Notes under the pieces: generated by a model
Told to the model about the DNA's origin: nothing
The model's input: the letters and a program-made list of their open reading frames with translations, nothing else
Database searches by the model: none
Translations under genes and position numbers: made by a program
Shown here: positions 1-8,963 of the stretch, one piece after another
Numbering within the stretch: the stretch's first letter is position 1
How the letters are laid out: the number at the start of each line of letters is the position of its first letter
Source of the DNA: Candidatus Bathyarchaeota archaeon
Lineage (GTDB): Archaea; Thermoproteota; Bathyarchaeia; Bathyarchaeales; DTEX01
Reading direction: 5' to 3'
Assembly: GCA_018396435.1 (NCBI GenBank)
Contig: JAGTRG010000001.1
Span: 9,659-73,658, forward strand
DNA: 64,000 nt

Positions 1-924
1 AGCGGCGTAGATTTGTTGATCCACCAAATACTTGTTAATAGCTTACTGCCGAGGGAGAAGTCTGGTTTAGGTGGCAAAAGTATCTACATATACTGTGGAA
101 ATTATAGGCGGGAAAGAACAATGCTGGACACCCGCGCTCTAACGTACCTAGTGAAGGCTGAGAATATGGACCCGACTAAGGCGCTGGACAAAATTTATGT
201 GATATGCAACTTCTCCGAAGACCAGCAGGAACAAGTCTTCAAAGACTTGCTGGATCTCCTAAGGAGGGATTCCGAGATTAAGCTCGTTGCGGTTCACAAT
301 ATTGCCAAACTCTTCACCTCGAATAATGGGGCGAGAAACGTGAATGCTGGAGAGAGGATAATGCGCCTGCAAAGGGTTATCCACCAAATATGGCGTGTCT
401 GCGCCGAGAATAGCGTAGCCTTGGTGGCCTCCTGTAGGCCGTCTAAGAGTGGTAGCAACCGAATCCCAAAGCCCGAAGGGGGGAAATATCTCAAACATAA
501 GGCCTCAGTCATAGTTTACTTCAAGAGGAAGAGGAAAAATTTGGCTTCAGCCTTTCTCGTTAAGCACCCCAATCAAGCACCCAGAATGATTAATATTGAG
601 CTGATGGAAGGAGGTGATTTATTGGGCAGAATAACCCGTCCATTCAGAACCCTACTTCAAGAGGAGATGGATAACCTGAAGAGGACTTATAGGGAAGCGC
701 TTATGGATGCGAAGCGTAGAGAAGCATTCGACAGCCTCCTGCATACGTGGAGCAGCGAGCAGGGCGCTATGAGTTACGCTAGGGTTCCAACAGTTCTTGA
801 AGTAATGCTGCTCACCGCGATTGTAGACAACCGGAAACTCATCGAGGAAGCGCTTAAGCAAGTGAAAATGATGCGAGCCAAGCTTGAGGAGGTTGAGGCG
901 GGACTTCGGAAACTCTTAGAGTAG
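1..924 (+). CDS. Degenerate RadA/RecA-like ATPase-fold protein (5' end outside window), fused in frame to a small helical protein resembling the PolB2-associated arCOG07300 family
   Basis: Frame is open from base 1. RecA-like elements: IYIYCGN, LDKIYV, KLVAVHNIAKLF (Walker-B-like strand lacking Asp), PEGGKYLKHKASVIVYF, AFLVKHP. The C-terminal part begins GRITRPFRTLL. Lies directly upstream of polB2. Confidence 0.7.
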   Translation, partial: SGVDLLIHQILVNSLLPREKSGLGGKSIYIYCGNYRRERTMLDTRALTYLVKAENMDPTKALDKIYVICNFSEDQQEQVFKDLLDLLRRDSEIKLVAVHNIAKLFTSNNGARNVNAGERIMRLQRVIHQIWRVCAENSVALVASCRPSKSGSNRIPKPEGGKYLKHKASVIVYFKRKRKNLASAFLVKHPNQAPRMINIELMEGGDLLGRITRPFRTLLQEEMDNLKRTYREALMDAKRREAFDSLLHTWSSEQGAMSYARVPTVLEVMLLTAIVDNRKLIEEALKQVKMMRAKLEEVEAGLRKLLE

Positions 925-940
925 GGGGAGCATAGGGTTT

Positions 941-3130
941 ATGAAGCAAACACGAGGATGGCTTCTAGACGTAAATGTTGCGGGGAGCGAAGCGGTCTTA
1001 TGGCTGAAGGCTGAGGACGGAGACGTCATTCGTTTAACCGATAAGTATAGGCCCAGCTTCTACATCAAGCCTAAAGACGCCTCCGAGATTGAACGTTTAG
1101 CAGCGATGTTAATCAACCATCCAAATGTGGTGGGCGTTAAATGCGAGAGTAAATACGCATCCCTAAGCTCGAAGAAAACCAGGGTCTTACACGTCCATGT
1201 TGATTCCACAAAGAAATACAGGAGGGTTCTGAGAGACATGGCGGAGGACAGCGGCGTAGAAGCCCTCTACAACGTTGATCTCCTTCATGTTCAATGGTAT
1301 CTCTTCCGCAAGGATCTCCCGCCGACAAGCAAGATACATGTTTCCTACAATGAAAGGAATGAACTGGCGCATTTAGAAGTTATTGATGACGGCCTAGAAG
1401 TTCAGCCGCCCCCATTCACAAGCATAATATTTGACATTGAAATATCAAGCGGGAAACTCACTCCAGACGTGAACATGGATCCCATCTCGAAGATAGGCAT
1501 CTTCGATGAGCATCTGAACCCAATTAAATCATTTGGGGGCGACGAGAAAAACCTGCTCCATGAATTTTCGGAGTACATTAGAAGTTTAAACCCAGACTTT
1601 TTAATTTCTGAGGGCGTTGATGAGAAGATAACCTATGTTTTAGAGAGAGCTAGGATTATGGAATTAAATTTAGAGGTTAGCAGAGAAAATGTTGATTTCT
1701 TAAAACTAAAGAAACTTTTACCGTACGCGCATAGAGGCAGAGTCCTCCTCGATCTTGAAACATTTCTATCGATCGGTATAGCCGGGGTTACTGAGCTTTC
1801 GAGGTTCTCTTTGGTCCCTCCGGGTTTAGCGGCTAAGTGGCCCGCAGGTAGAATGATAGATGGTAGGCAGTGCTATGAAGCGATCAAGAGGGATGTGATT
1901 ATACCTCAATCCCGCGCCTTCTTCCGATTCGTGAAGACGGCTAAAGAAGTCATCTTCGGCGACAGAGGCGGCCTAATCCTATCCCCCAAAACAGGATTAC
2001 ATGAGAACGTTGGAGTGTTAGATTTTGAATCAATGTTCCCGCACATAATCGTAAAATATAATGTGAGTTACGAAACGGCTTCTCCTAACCGCGTCAGAAC
2101 TGACAAGGAAGGGTTCTTACCGCAATTGACTAGAAATCACTTGGAAAGGCGACTATACTTCAAACATTTGAAGAAGAAGTTCCCGGAGAACAGTCAAGAG
2201 TGGCTTTGGTGCGATCAGAGGCAGAAAGCGTTAAAGGGCATTTTAGTATGCATTTACGGTTATAGCGGCTGCTTCGCAAACCGATTTAACAATGTTGCCT
2301 GCTATGAAGAGATTAATCGAATTGCAAGGGAAATCCTCGTAGAAGCCATGAACATAGCCATGCGAGAAGGCTTTGAAGTGATATATGCGGACAGCGACAG
2401 CCTCTTCGTCAAGAAGGAAGGCGCATGCAGGGAAGACTTCGAGGATCTGGCTGGAAAAATCAGTGAGAAGACGGGTCTCCCAATAGCGCTGGATAAACAT
2501 TTCAAGTTTCTGGTTCTGCTGAAGCAGGAGTCCGATCCGAGCTTAGATGCCGCAAGGCGATACTTCGGGAAGCTAACTAACGGAGAGCTCTTCTATAGGG
2601 GCATTGAGCTCCGCCGACACGACTGCCCAACATTCATCAAGAGGTTCGAGACGAGGCTCATGGAAATCCTATTCGACGCCGAGAAAGCCGAGGAAATTTG
2701 GAAAACGCAATGTAAAAAGGCCTTTAACTACGTTGTTGAAACCTGCGATTTAATTCGCATGGGTAAAATCCCCTTAAACGAGCTAGTTATCAGTAAGAGT
2801 TTAAGGCGTCCGGTCAATAATTACCGCAGTCTCTTCCCCCACGTCGTTGCCGCCAAACAGCTAATTCAGATGGGTAAACAGCTTAAAAGCGGCGATACAA
2901 TAGACTTCATCTACGTGAATGCGGAACACAGGAACCCGTTTAGGCGAGTCACACCCGCCGAGGTTTTATGTGACCGCAACCAACGCTACGACCGAGACAA
3001 ATATGTTGAGATAATATTAGACGCGGCTGAAACAATCCTAGGAAACTTCGGCTTCAACAGGAGGAGCCTAGGATTTGGGATGAAACCGAGAAACTTTATC
3101 GAGGAGCTAAAACTCGAGATAGGCAGCTAA
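941..3130 (+). CDS. polB2: Family B DNA polymerase, PolB2 (Dpo2)-like group
   Basis: Motif A VLDFESMFPHII, motif B RQKALKGILVCIYGYSG, motif C YADSDSLF, RRYFG, RGIELRRHD. Exonuclease domain is eroded. Gene context with a RadA-like gene fits PolB2. Confidence 0.85.
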   Translation: MKQTRGWLLDVNVAGSEAVLWLKAEDGDVIRLTDKYRPSFYIKPKDASEIERLAAMLINHPNVVGVKCESKYASLSSKKTRVLHVHVDSTKKYRRVLRDMAEDSGVEALYNVDLLHVQWYLFRKDLPPTSKIHVSYNERNELAHLEVIDDGLEVQPPPFTSIIFDIEISSGKLTPDVNMDPISKIGIFDEHLNPIKSFGGDEKNLLHEFSEYIRSLNPDFLISEGVDEKITYVLERARIMELNLEVSRENVDFLKLKKLLPYAHRGRVLLDLETFLSIGIAGVTELSRFSLVPPGLAAKWPAGRMIDGRQCYEAIKRDVIIPQSRAFFRFVKTAKEVIFGDRGGLILSPKTGLHENVGVLDFESMFPHIIVKYNVSYETASPNRVRTDKEGFLPQLTRNHLERRLYFKHLKKKFPENSQEWLWCDQRQKALKGILVCIYGYSGCFANRFNNVACYEEINRIAREILVEAMNIAMREGFEVIYADSDSLFVKKEGACREDFEDLAGKISEKTGLPIALDKHFKFLVLLKQESDPSLDAARRYFGKLTNGELFYRGIELRRHDCPTFIKRFETRLMEILFDAEKAEEIWKTQCKKAFNYVVETCDLIRMGKIPLNELVISKSLRRPVNNYRSLFPHVVAAKQLIQMGKQLKSGDTIDFIYVNAEHRNPFRRVTPAEVLCDRNQRYDRDKYVEIILDAAETILGNFGFNRRSLGFGMKPRNFIEELKLEIGS

Positions 3131-3255
3131 ATCCTCTCCGAACTTAAGAATTTAACGCATCCAAATACATAAGCAATAAAACCTAGAGGCCTGAACAATT
3201 AAAATTGTTTTCGAAGAAATAGAGTTGTCTCTGTAAAAATACTTGAAGATTTTCG

Positions 3256-3453
3256 TCATTTATTTATGATTGCTGCTATTTCCTTAACTATTACTTTAGC
3301 TATGTTTTTTGCATTCATTATTTCTATCCCTGCCTCCCCCCTTAAGATTATACTCTACTCTAACATCCTCATCTAGCTCTTTGCTGTCAGCTATTGGTCC
3401 CTCTCTAATGATTATATTAGGATATCTTCCTCGGCATCGTAATTTATCCTCAA
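3256..3453 (-). pseudogene. DUF2283-like antitoxin pseudogene (two frameshifts)
   Basis: Three frames join to give (L)RINYDAEEDIL / IIIREGPIADSKELDEDVRVEYNLKG / AGIEIMNAKNIAKVIVKEIAAIINK*, the YD..D.L...GIEI pattern of DUF2283. Confidence 0.65.
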
Positions 3454-3624
3454 TTTTCCTCCCACCCGTATCTGAATCCACCTTCCAGATTTAACCTTTC
3501 ACCTCACTTCCTCCTCAACCTCTCCAACCGGATAAACCGTGACAATATGCAGATAATCATCCCTTCTCCTGAAGATGACTACAAGGAAAATTTTGAGGTT
3601 ATATAAGGTTCCGAACCTAAGAAT
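3454..3624 (-). pseudogene. DUF4258-like toxin C-terminal remnant
   Basis: Translates to ...KIFLVVIFRRRDDYLHIVTVYPVGEVEEEVR*KVKSGRW, with an internal stop and no start codon. It abuts the tRNA CCA end and precedes the DUF2283 remnant. Confidence 0.55.
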
Positions 3625-3625
3625 G

Positions 3626-3767
3626 TGGCGGGCCCGCTGGGATTTGAACCCAGGATCTCCGGCTTTCATCGGTGTGCTTTCACCTTAGAGGGCCGACGCG
3701 CTATCCGTGCTACGCTTCCCGAATGAGCCTAATGGCGCCTTCTAGGCTAGGCCCATTTCACGGGCCC
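3626..3767 (-). tRNA. tRNA-Arg(TCT) with two introns (position 9/10: 3716-3758; position 37/38: 3665-3685); CCA encoded
   Basis: Spliced sequence GGGCCCG TG GCGT AGCACGGATA GCGC G TCGGC CCTCTAA GCCGG AGATC CTGGG TTCAAAT CCCAG CGGGCCC G CCA forms a full cloverleaf. Both introns show bulge-helix-bulge junctions. Confidence 0.9.
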
Positions 3768-4138
3768 AGTCAATATGCGTTCCCCAGCGGCCCATCTTAT
3801 TTCTTGATAGTTGTGTAATTTAAATTTGATGCTGAAGATAACCCCAAATTTCCGGAGGAACTAACTATAGGCATACGCCATGGCCATGTTGGGAGATATA
3901 ACGAGAATCCCGTTGGTAAGTCTTCCCGGCAAAAAGAAGTAATGGCAGATTTATCCTAGAAAACAAAGCGAAACCAGAATGATGCTTTACCCTCAAAATC
4001 TGGGGTTCTGCCAGCGGAAATATCTGACAACAGCTCTGGCTGAGATTGCTGTTAGCTATTAACTTAGTAGATTTGGGCGTGTTACGTAATCTTTTTTAGG
4101 GATCTTCTCAGTTTTTTGTTCTGAAAGCGTGATGTGGA

Positions 4139-4666
4139 ATGTGTGTGCTTGGTAAAGATAGGCTTCTTGAGCTCATAGAGAAGCATAGGTGCATATACCC
4201 GTTCGACCTAAACCTCCTGGATGGGGACAGCTACGTGCTTACTGTTAAGGAGGAGGTTACGCTTCAGTATCTGGAACATAGAAACCTGGTCTCCAACGAG
4301 ATTGTCTTCACGCTGCCGAACATTGTTGCTCATCTAACGGCTAAAAGCAGGTATGGACGCATGGGATTATCCTTCCTTAACGCCGCTAAGGTCCATAGCG
4401 GCTTCATTGGGAGGCTGGCCCTGGAAGTTGTAAACTTGAACAATGATAGGACGCCGATAACGATCAAGAGGGGCGACCCGTTCATGCACATAGAATTCAT
4501 AACAAGAATAGGTGAGGAGTCGCCTTACACGGGCGAATACCAATTCCAGTACATGACCAATGAAGAGATCAAAATGTACATACCGATACTGAGAAACGTA
4601 TTTAAAAACTACGAGGAGCTCTCCAAAATATGGTTCAAAGGCAAGGGCGAAGGCCGTCAAGCCTAA
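4139..4666 (+). CDS. dCTP deaminase/dUTPase family protein
   Basis: LTAKSRYGRMGLSFLNAAKVHSGFIGRLALEVVN, TIKRGDPFMHIEF, PYTGEYQFQ match the trimeric dUTPase/dCTP deaminase motif layout. Confidence 0.8.
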   Translation: MCVLGKDRLLELIEKHRCIYPFDLNLLDGDSYVLTVKEEVTLQYLEHRNLVSNEIVFTLPNIVAHLTAKSRYGRMGLSFLNAAKVHSGFIGRLALEVVNLNNDRTPITIKRGDPFMHIEFITRIGEESPYTGEYQFQYMTNEEIKMYIPILRNVFKNYEELSKIWFKGKGEGRQA

Positions 4667-4793
4667 CCTAGTCTCGACCTAGTAATCTTCCATGCTCCCC
4701 ATCATTCCAAGACGTTTGATTGCGCCAATGCGCCGGAGCCGTCTAAGTTAAAATTTAAATACTTCTGATGATGGTATCATAAGGGGAAAACCG

Positions 4794-5321
4794 ATGAAGG
4801 CGCGTAACTACCGTGAAGTTAAGGGAATGCCCTACACTAGACATGAGTATGTACATGGCCCCCCGCAGCCGAAAATAACCAAGTTCACGGCTGGAAAACC
4901 CTCTGAAAGCCAGACACATCAGGTTTCGCTTGTAGCTGATAAGAGGATTCAGATAAGGCATAACGCTCTTGAAGCAGCCCGAATTGCGGCGAACAGATAC
5001 CTTCAGGAGAAGCTGGGCGATAGATTTTTCATGAGGGTCACGGTTCTCCCCCACATGATTTTAAGGGAGAATAAAATGATCTTCGGAGCACACGCTGACA
5101 GGCTTCAGGAGGGGATGCGTAGGGCATTCGGAAAGCCCATCGGCAGGGCGGCCCGTGTTGAACCCAACCAGCCGATAATAATTGTTAATGTTGAGGAAAA
5201 CGGTTTGGAGGCCGCTAAAGAAGCCCTCAGGAGGGCTGAGGCGAAGCTTCCCACCACATGCAGAATAATTATTGAGAAGCTGCCTGAGCAGCAGGTTCAA
5301 GTCACCCAAAATGTAACATGA
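4794..5321 (+). CDS. rpl10e: 50S ribosomal protein uL16 (L10e)
   Basis: IQIRHNALEAARIAANR, LRENKM..GAHADRLQEGMRRAFGKPIGRAARV. Confidence 0.97.
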   Translation: MKARNYREVKGMPYTRHEYVHGPPQPKITKFTAGKPSESQTHQVSLVADKRIQIRHNALEAARIAANRYLQEKLGDRFFMRVTVLPHMILRENKMIFGAHADRLQEGMRRAFGKPIGRAARVEPNQPIIIVNVEENGLEAAKEALRRAEAKLPTTCRIIIEKLPEQQVQVTQNVT

Positions 5322-5337
5322 TCATATCTGGAGGTAA

Positions 5338-7743
5338 ATGCAAATGTCAAGCAAGAAGGGAAAGTTCGTATTATGGTTTGAGGAGATAGGCATCGAAGAT
5401 GTGCCAGTCGTCGGGGGAAAAAGCGCAAGCCTAGGTGAAATGATTAGGAAAGTAGGCGTTCCAGTGCCATACGGCTTCGCAACAACAGCTGAAGCATACA
5501 GATACTACATAAGGGCAAATAAGCTAGATGAGAAAATAGCGGAGATCCTCAAGGAGCTGAAGGACCCGAACGACACGCAAACCCTGCAGAAGGTAGGCGC
5601 AAGGATCAGGGAACTAATAGCCTCCGCCGATATGCCTAAAGACCTGGAGGAGGAGATCGTTAAAGCATATGAGGATCTGGCTGAAAGAATAGGCGATGAG
5701 AACCCGTTTGTTGCAGTGCGCAGCTCAGCAACAGCCGAGGATCTGCCGGATGCAAGCTTCGCCGGCCAGCAGGAAACATACCTCAATGTTCACACGGCTG
5801 AGGAGGTTGTTGAAAAAATAAAGCACTGTTACGCGAGCCTCTTCACAGATAGGGCTATATTCTACAGGGTCCAGAAGGGATTCGACCATATGGCTGTGGC
5901 CCTAAGCAGCGTAGTCCAGCTAATGGTTTACAGCAAAGCCAGCGGTGTCATATTCACCCTAGACGTTGCAACAGGGGACAGAAGCGTTGTTCTGATAGAG
6001 GCGGGCTACGGGCTGGGCGAATTCATAGTTCAGGGAACAATAACACCGGATGAATACTACGTCAGGAAATCCGACCTGGAAATAGTGAAGAAGAACATTT
6101 CCAGGAAGACGGTTCAGCTGGTCAGGCTTCCAACAGGCGGAACAGAACGCAGGGATGTCCCACCGGTCCTTCAGGAAAAGCAGGTGCTTACAGACGAGCA
6201 GATTAAGGAGCTGGCCAAATACGCCATAATGATTGAGCAGCATTACGGAAAGCCCATGGACATAGAGTGGGCACTAGATGAAAGAACAAACAAACTGTTC
6301 ATACTTCAAGCCAGGCCGGAAACAGTCTGGGCTATCAAGAAAGCCGAGGTTGTTGAGGAGAAGCCAGCTGTAACAAAGGAGCGGAAGGTTCTCATCCAGG
6401 GTCTGCCAGCATCACCAGGCGTGGCTGTTGGAAAAGTGCACATTATACCGACCGTTGATAGAATCAACGAGTTCCAGAAGGGCGAAATACTCGTCACAGA
6501 GATGACGGCGCCAGACTGGGTTCCAGCAATGCGTAAGGCAGCGGCCATCATAACAAACTCGGGTGGAATGACATGCCACGCAGCCATAGTCTCCAGGGAG
6601 CTGGGGATCCCATGCATTGTTGGAACAGCCTCTAGGGGTGCGCCGGCAACAGAAGCCCTCGAAGACGGCACTATGGTGACTGTGGACGCTAAGCTAGGCG
6701 TTGTCTACGAGGGAATACTTGAAGAATTCGCTGAGAAAGCCGAGAAGGCTGAAGCTGCGCCAGCAGCCGTCACGTTCGCTGAACCATACATAATAACCGG
6801 GACAAAAATATATGTTAATCTGGGCGAACCTGAGATCGCCGATAAGGTTTCAGCCCTGCCAGCCGACGGCGTCGGACTGCTAAGGCAGGAGTTCGTCTGG
6901 TCAAGCGAGATAGGTGAGCACCCGCTATACATGATTGAAGTCGGGAGAGCCGAGGAATTCGTCAATAAGCTAGCTGAGGCGTTCAGAAAGATCTGCGCAG
7001 CGTTCTATCCCAGACCGGTTGTCATGCGCTTCAGCGACTTCAAATCTTCAGAGTACAGGGAGCTAAAGGGCGGGGAGAAATATGAGCCCGTTGAACCGTC
7101 GGCCCTAATGGGCTGGAGGGGAGCGTCAAGATACTACGACCCGAAGTATATTGAGGCCTTCAGGCTTGAGGTTAAAGCCGTTAAGAAGGTTCGTGAAGAA
7201 TACGGGTTGAAGAACCTTTGGGTTATGATACCCTTCTGCAGACGAGTCGATGAGATGGAGAGGATCGTTGAAATCTTGGAGGAGGAGGGCTTAAAGAGGG
7301 GTCCGGACTTCAAGGTTTGGCTTATGGCTGAGATACCGAGCAACTGCCTCCTAGCCGACAAATTCAACAAGTATGTTGACGGATACAGCATTGGAAGCAA
7401 CGACCTAACGATGACGATCTTGGGATGCGACCGGGACAATGAGACAGTGGCGCACCTGTTCGATGAGAGAGACCTAGCGGTTAAACGTGCAATCAGATTG
7501 CTCATCAAGCTGGCCCATAGAGACGGCAAAACGGTCAGCATATGCGGCCAGGCTCCAAGCGTCTACCCAGAGTTCACAGAGTTCCTTGTTAGAAGCGGAA
7601 TAGACAGCGTCTCAGTGAACCCGGATGTGGTTGCTCAGACGAGAAAACTCGTAGCTTCAATTGAGCAGCGCATAATGCTTGAAAAACTAACAGGCATGGG
7701 ATTGCGTGAAGATCCAGATCTGGAGATCCCGCTTGACAAGTAG
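5338..7743 (+). CDS. ppsA: Phosphoenolpyruvate synthase
   Basis: VGGKSASLGEM, VAVRSSATAEDLPDASFAGQQET, GGMTCHAAIVSRELG (phospho-His), SIGSNDLT. Confidence 0.97.
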   Translation: MQMSSKKGKFVLWFEEIGIEDVPVVGGKSASLGEMIRKVGVPVPYGFATTAEAYRYYIRANKLDEKIAEILKELKDPNDTQTLQKVGARIRELIASADMPKDLEEEIVKAYEDLAERIGDENPFVAVRSSATAEDLPDASFAGQQETYLNVHTAEEVVEKIKHCYASLFTDRAIFYRVQKGFDHMAVALSSVVQLMVYSKASGVIFTLDVATGDRSVVLIEAGYGLGEFIVQGTITPDEYYVRKSDLEIVKKNISRKTVQLVRLPTGGTERRDVPPVLQEKQVLTDEQIKELAKYAIMIEQHYGKPMDIEWALDERTNKLFILQARPETVWAIKKAEVVEEKPAVTKERKVLIQGLPASPGVAVGKVHIIPTVDRINEFQKGEILVTEMTAPDWVPAMRKAAAIITNSGGMTCHAAIVSRELGIPCIVGTASRGAPATEALEDGTMVTVDAKLGVVYEGILEEFAEKAEKAEAAPAAVTFAEPYIITGTKIYVNLGEPEIADKVSALPADGVGLLRQEFVWSSEIGEHPLYMIEVGRAEEFVNKLAEAFRKICAAFYPRPVVMRFSDFKSSEYRELKGGEKYEPVEPSALMGWRGASRYYDPKYIEAFRLEVKAVKKVREEYGLKNLWVMIPFCRRVDEMERIVEILEEEGLKRGPDFKVWLMAEIPSNCLLADKFNKYVDGYSIGSNDLTMTILGCDRDNETVAHLFDERDLAVKRAIRLLIKLAHRDGKTVSICGQAPSVYPEFTEFLVRSGIDSVSVNPDVVAQTRKLVASIEQRIMLEKLTGMGLREDPDLEIPLDK

Positions 7744-7905
7744 ACGAACCGGCTGAGCCGCATAATCAAACAAAAAAATCTTTCCACCTATTTTTCCCTA
7801 AAAAACCATAAACGTGATGATTACTTATTTTTTCTTTAAGCGGAAAACTATATTTTAAGATAGGCTAATATCCCTCAGGATCCTTTTATTCTTAATGATT
7901 GAGAG

Positions 7906-8922
7906 TTGCCAGTGATATTTGATTTAGAGGAAGATAAGTTACGCAGCGAAATTATTAGGCGTGGGGCGCGCGTAGTCCTAGTGCAGCTGCCCGAGGGGCT
8001 GAAGCCTGAGGCGCCGCATATAGCATCCATCATAGAGGAATCCGGTGCATTACCGATAATCTCAGCTGACCCATGCTACGGAGCATGCGACCTAGCCCTC
8101 TACGAAGCTGAGTTCATCTCAGCCGATATTATAGTGCATTATGGACATGCGGAAACAGCGTTTTTCACATGTAAACCGGGTTTACCCGAAATCCCAATAA
8201 TATACATTGAGGCTAGGGCGAATGTCCCCATCAGAGAAGCGGTTGAGGATGCTCTGAGACAGCTCGAGCCCTGGAGGAGAATAGGGCTGACAACAACTGT
8301 CCAGCATATCCACAAAATAAAGGAGGCTGAAGAAATCCTTAGGAAAGCCGGAAAAGAAGTATATATCGGGCGCTCTCTGGGCTTAAAATATCCAGGTCAG
8401 GTTTTAGGCTGCAACTACGGGAACGCCAAATCGATCCTAAGCCATGTGGATGCATTCCTACTCCTAGGCGGAGGCAGATTTCACGCGCTTGGGCTTTTCT
8501 TCGCCACAATGAAGCCAACCGTTACTGCAGACCCCTTCGAGGGCAGAGCCCATAGGGTTGATGAAGAAGCTGAAAAAATAATTCATAGGCGCTGGATGGA
8601 TATATCTGAAGCCTCAAAAGCGAAAATTTGGGGCATAATCCTCGGGGTTAAAACAGGGCAGCTCAATATGGAAGCAGCTCTGAAAATTAAGAATGAAATA
8701 GAGCAGCTGGGCAATAAGGCTGTTCTGCTGGCCATGAGGGAAGTCACGCCTGAAGCCCTCCTTGAGTTTCCTAAAATAGAAGCCTATGTAAACACGGCTT
8801 GCCCAAGAATATCGCTTTACGATTCGCGAAAATTCCCCAAACCTGTGTTAACGGTTAAGGAAACAAATGTTGCCATAGGAAAAACATCCTGGAATGAGAT
8901 CCTTGAATCCGGCCTACTATAA
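7906..8922 (+). CDS. dph2: Diphthamide biosynthesis enzyme Dph2
   Basis: VQLPEGLK, CYGACD, GQVLGC, NTACPR (three Fe-S cysteines). Confidence 0.95.
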   Translation: MPVIFDLEEDKLRSEIIRRGARVVLVQLPEGLKPEAPHIASIIEESGALPIISADPCYGACDLALYEAEFISADIIVHYGHAETAFFTCKPGLPEIPIIYIEARANVPIREAVEDALRQLEPWRRIGLTTTVQHIHKIKEAEEILRKAGKEVYIGRSLGLKYPGQVLGCNYGNAKSILSHVDAFLLLGGGRFHALGLFFATMKPTVTADPFEGRAHRVDEEAEKIIHRRWMDISEASKAKIWGIILGVKTGQLNMEAALKIKNEIEQLGNKAVLLAMREVTPEALLEFPKIEAYVNTACPRISLYDSRKFPKPVLTVKETNVAIGKTSWNEILESGLL

Positions 8923-8963
8923 TTAACTAGGCGAAATTAGGAGTAAAAAGGCGGAAAAGGCTG

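Noticed and set aside
3684..3692. Reading the tRNA loop as CT-CTA-A (CUA amber suppressor or pyrrolysine tRNA)
   Set aside because: BHB geometry fixes the splice so that the 7-nt loop is CCUCUAA with UCU central. The body has Arg-like features and normal D and variable arms, unlike tRNA-Pyl.
3770..4138. 370-nt spacer with ATGATG...CTGA resembling a C/D box sRNA, and a short ORF-like stretch
   Set aside because: The C box is imperfect, there is no convincing D'/C' pair, and no recognisable protein motif.
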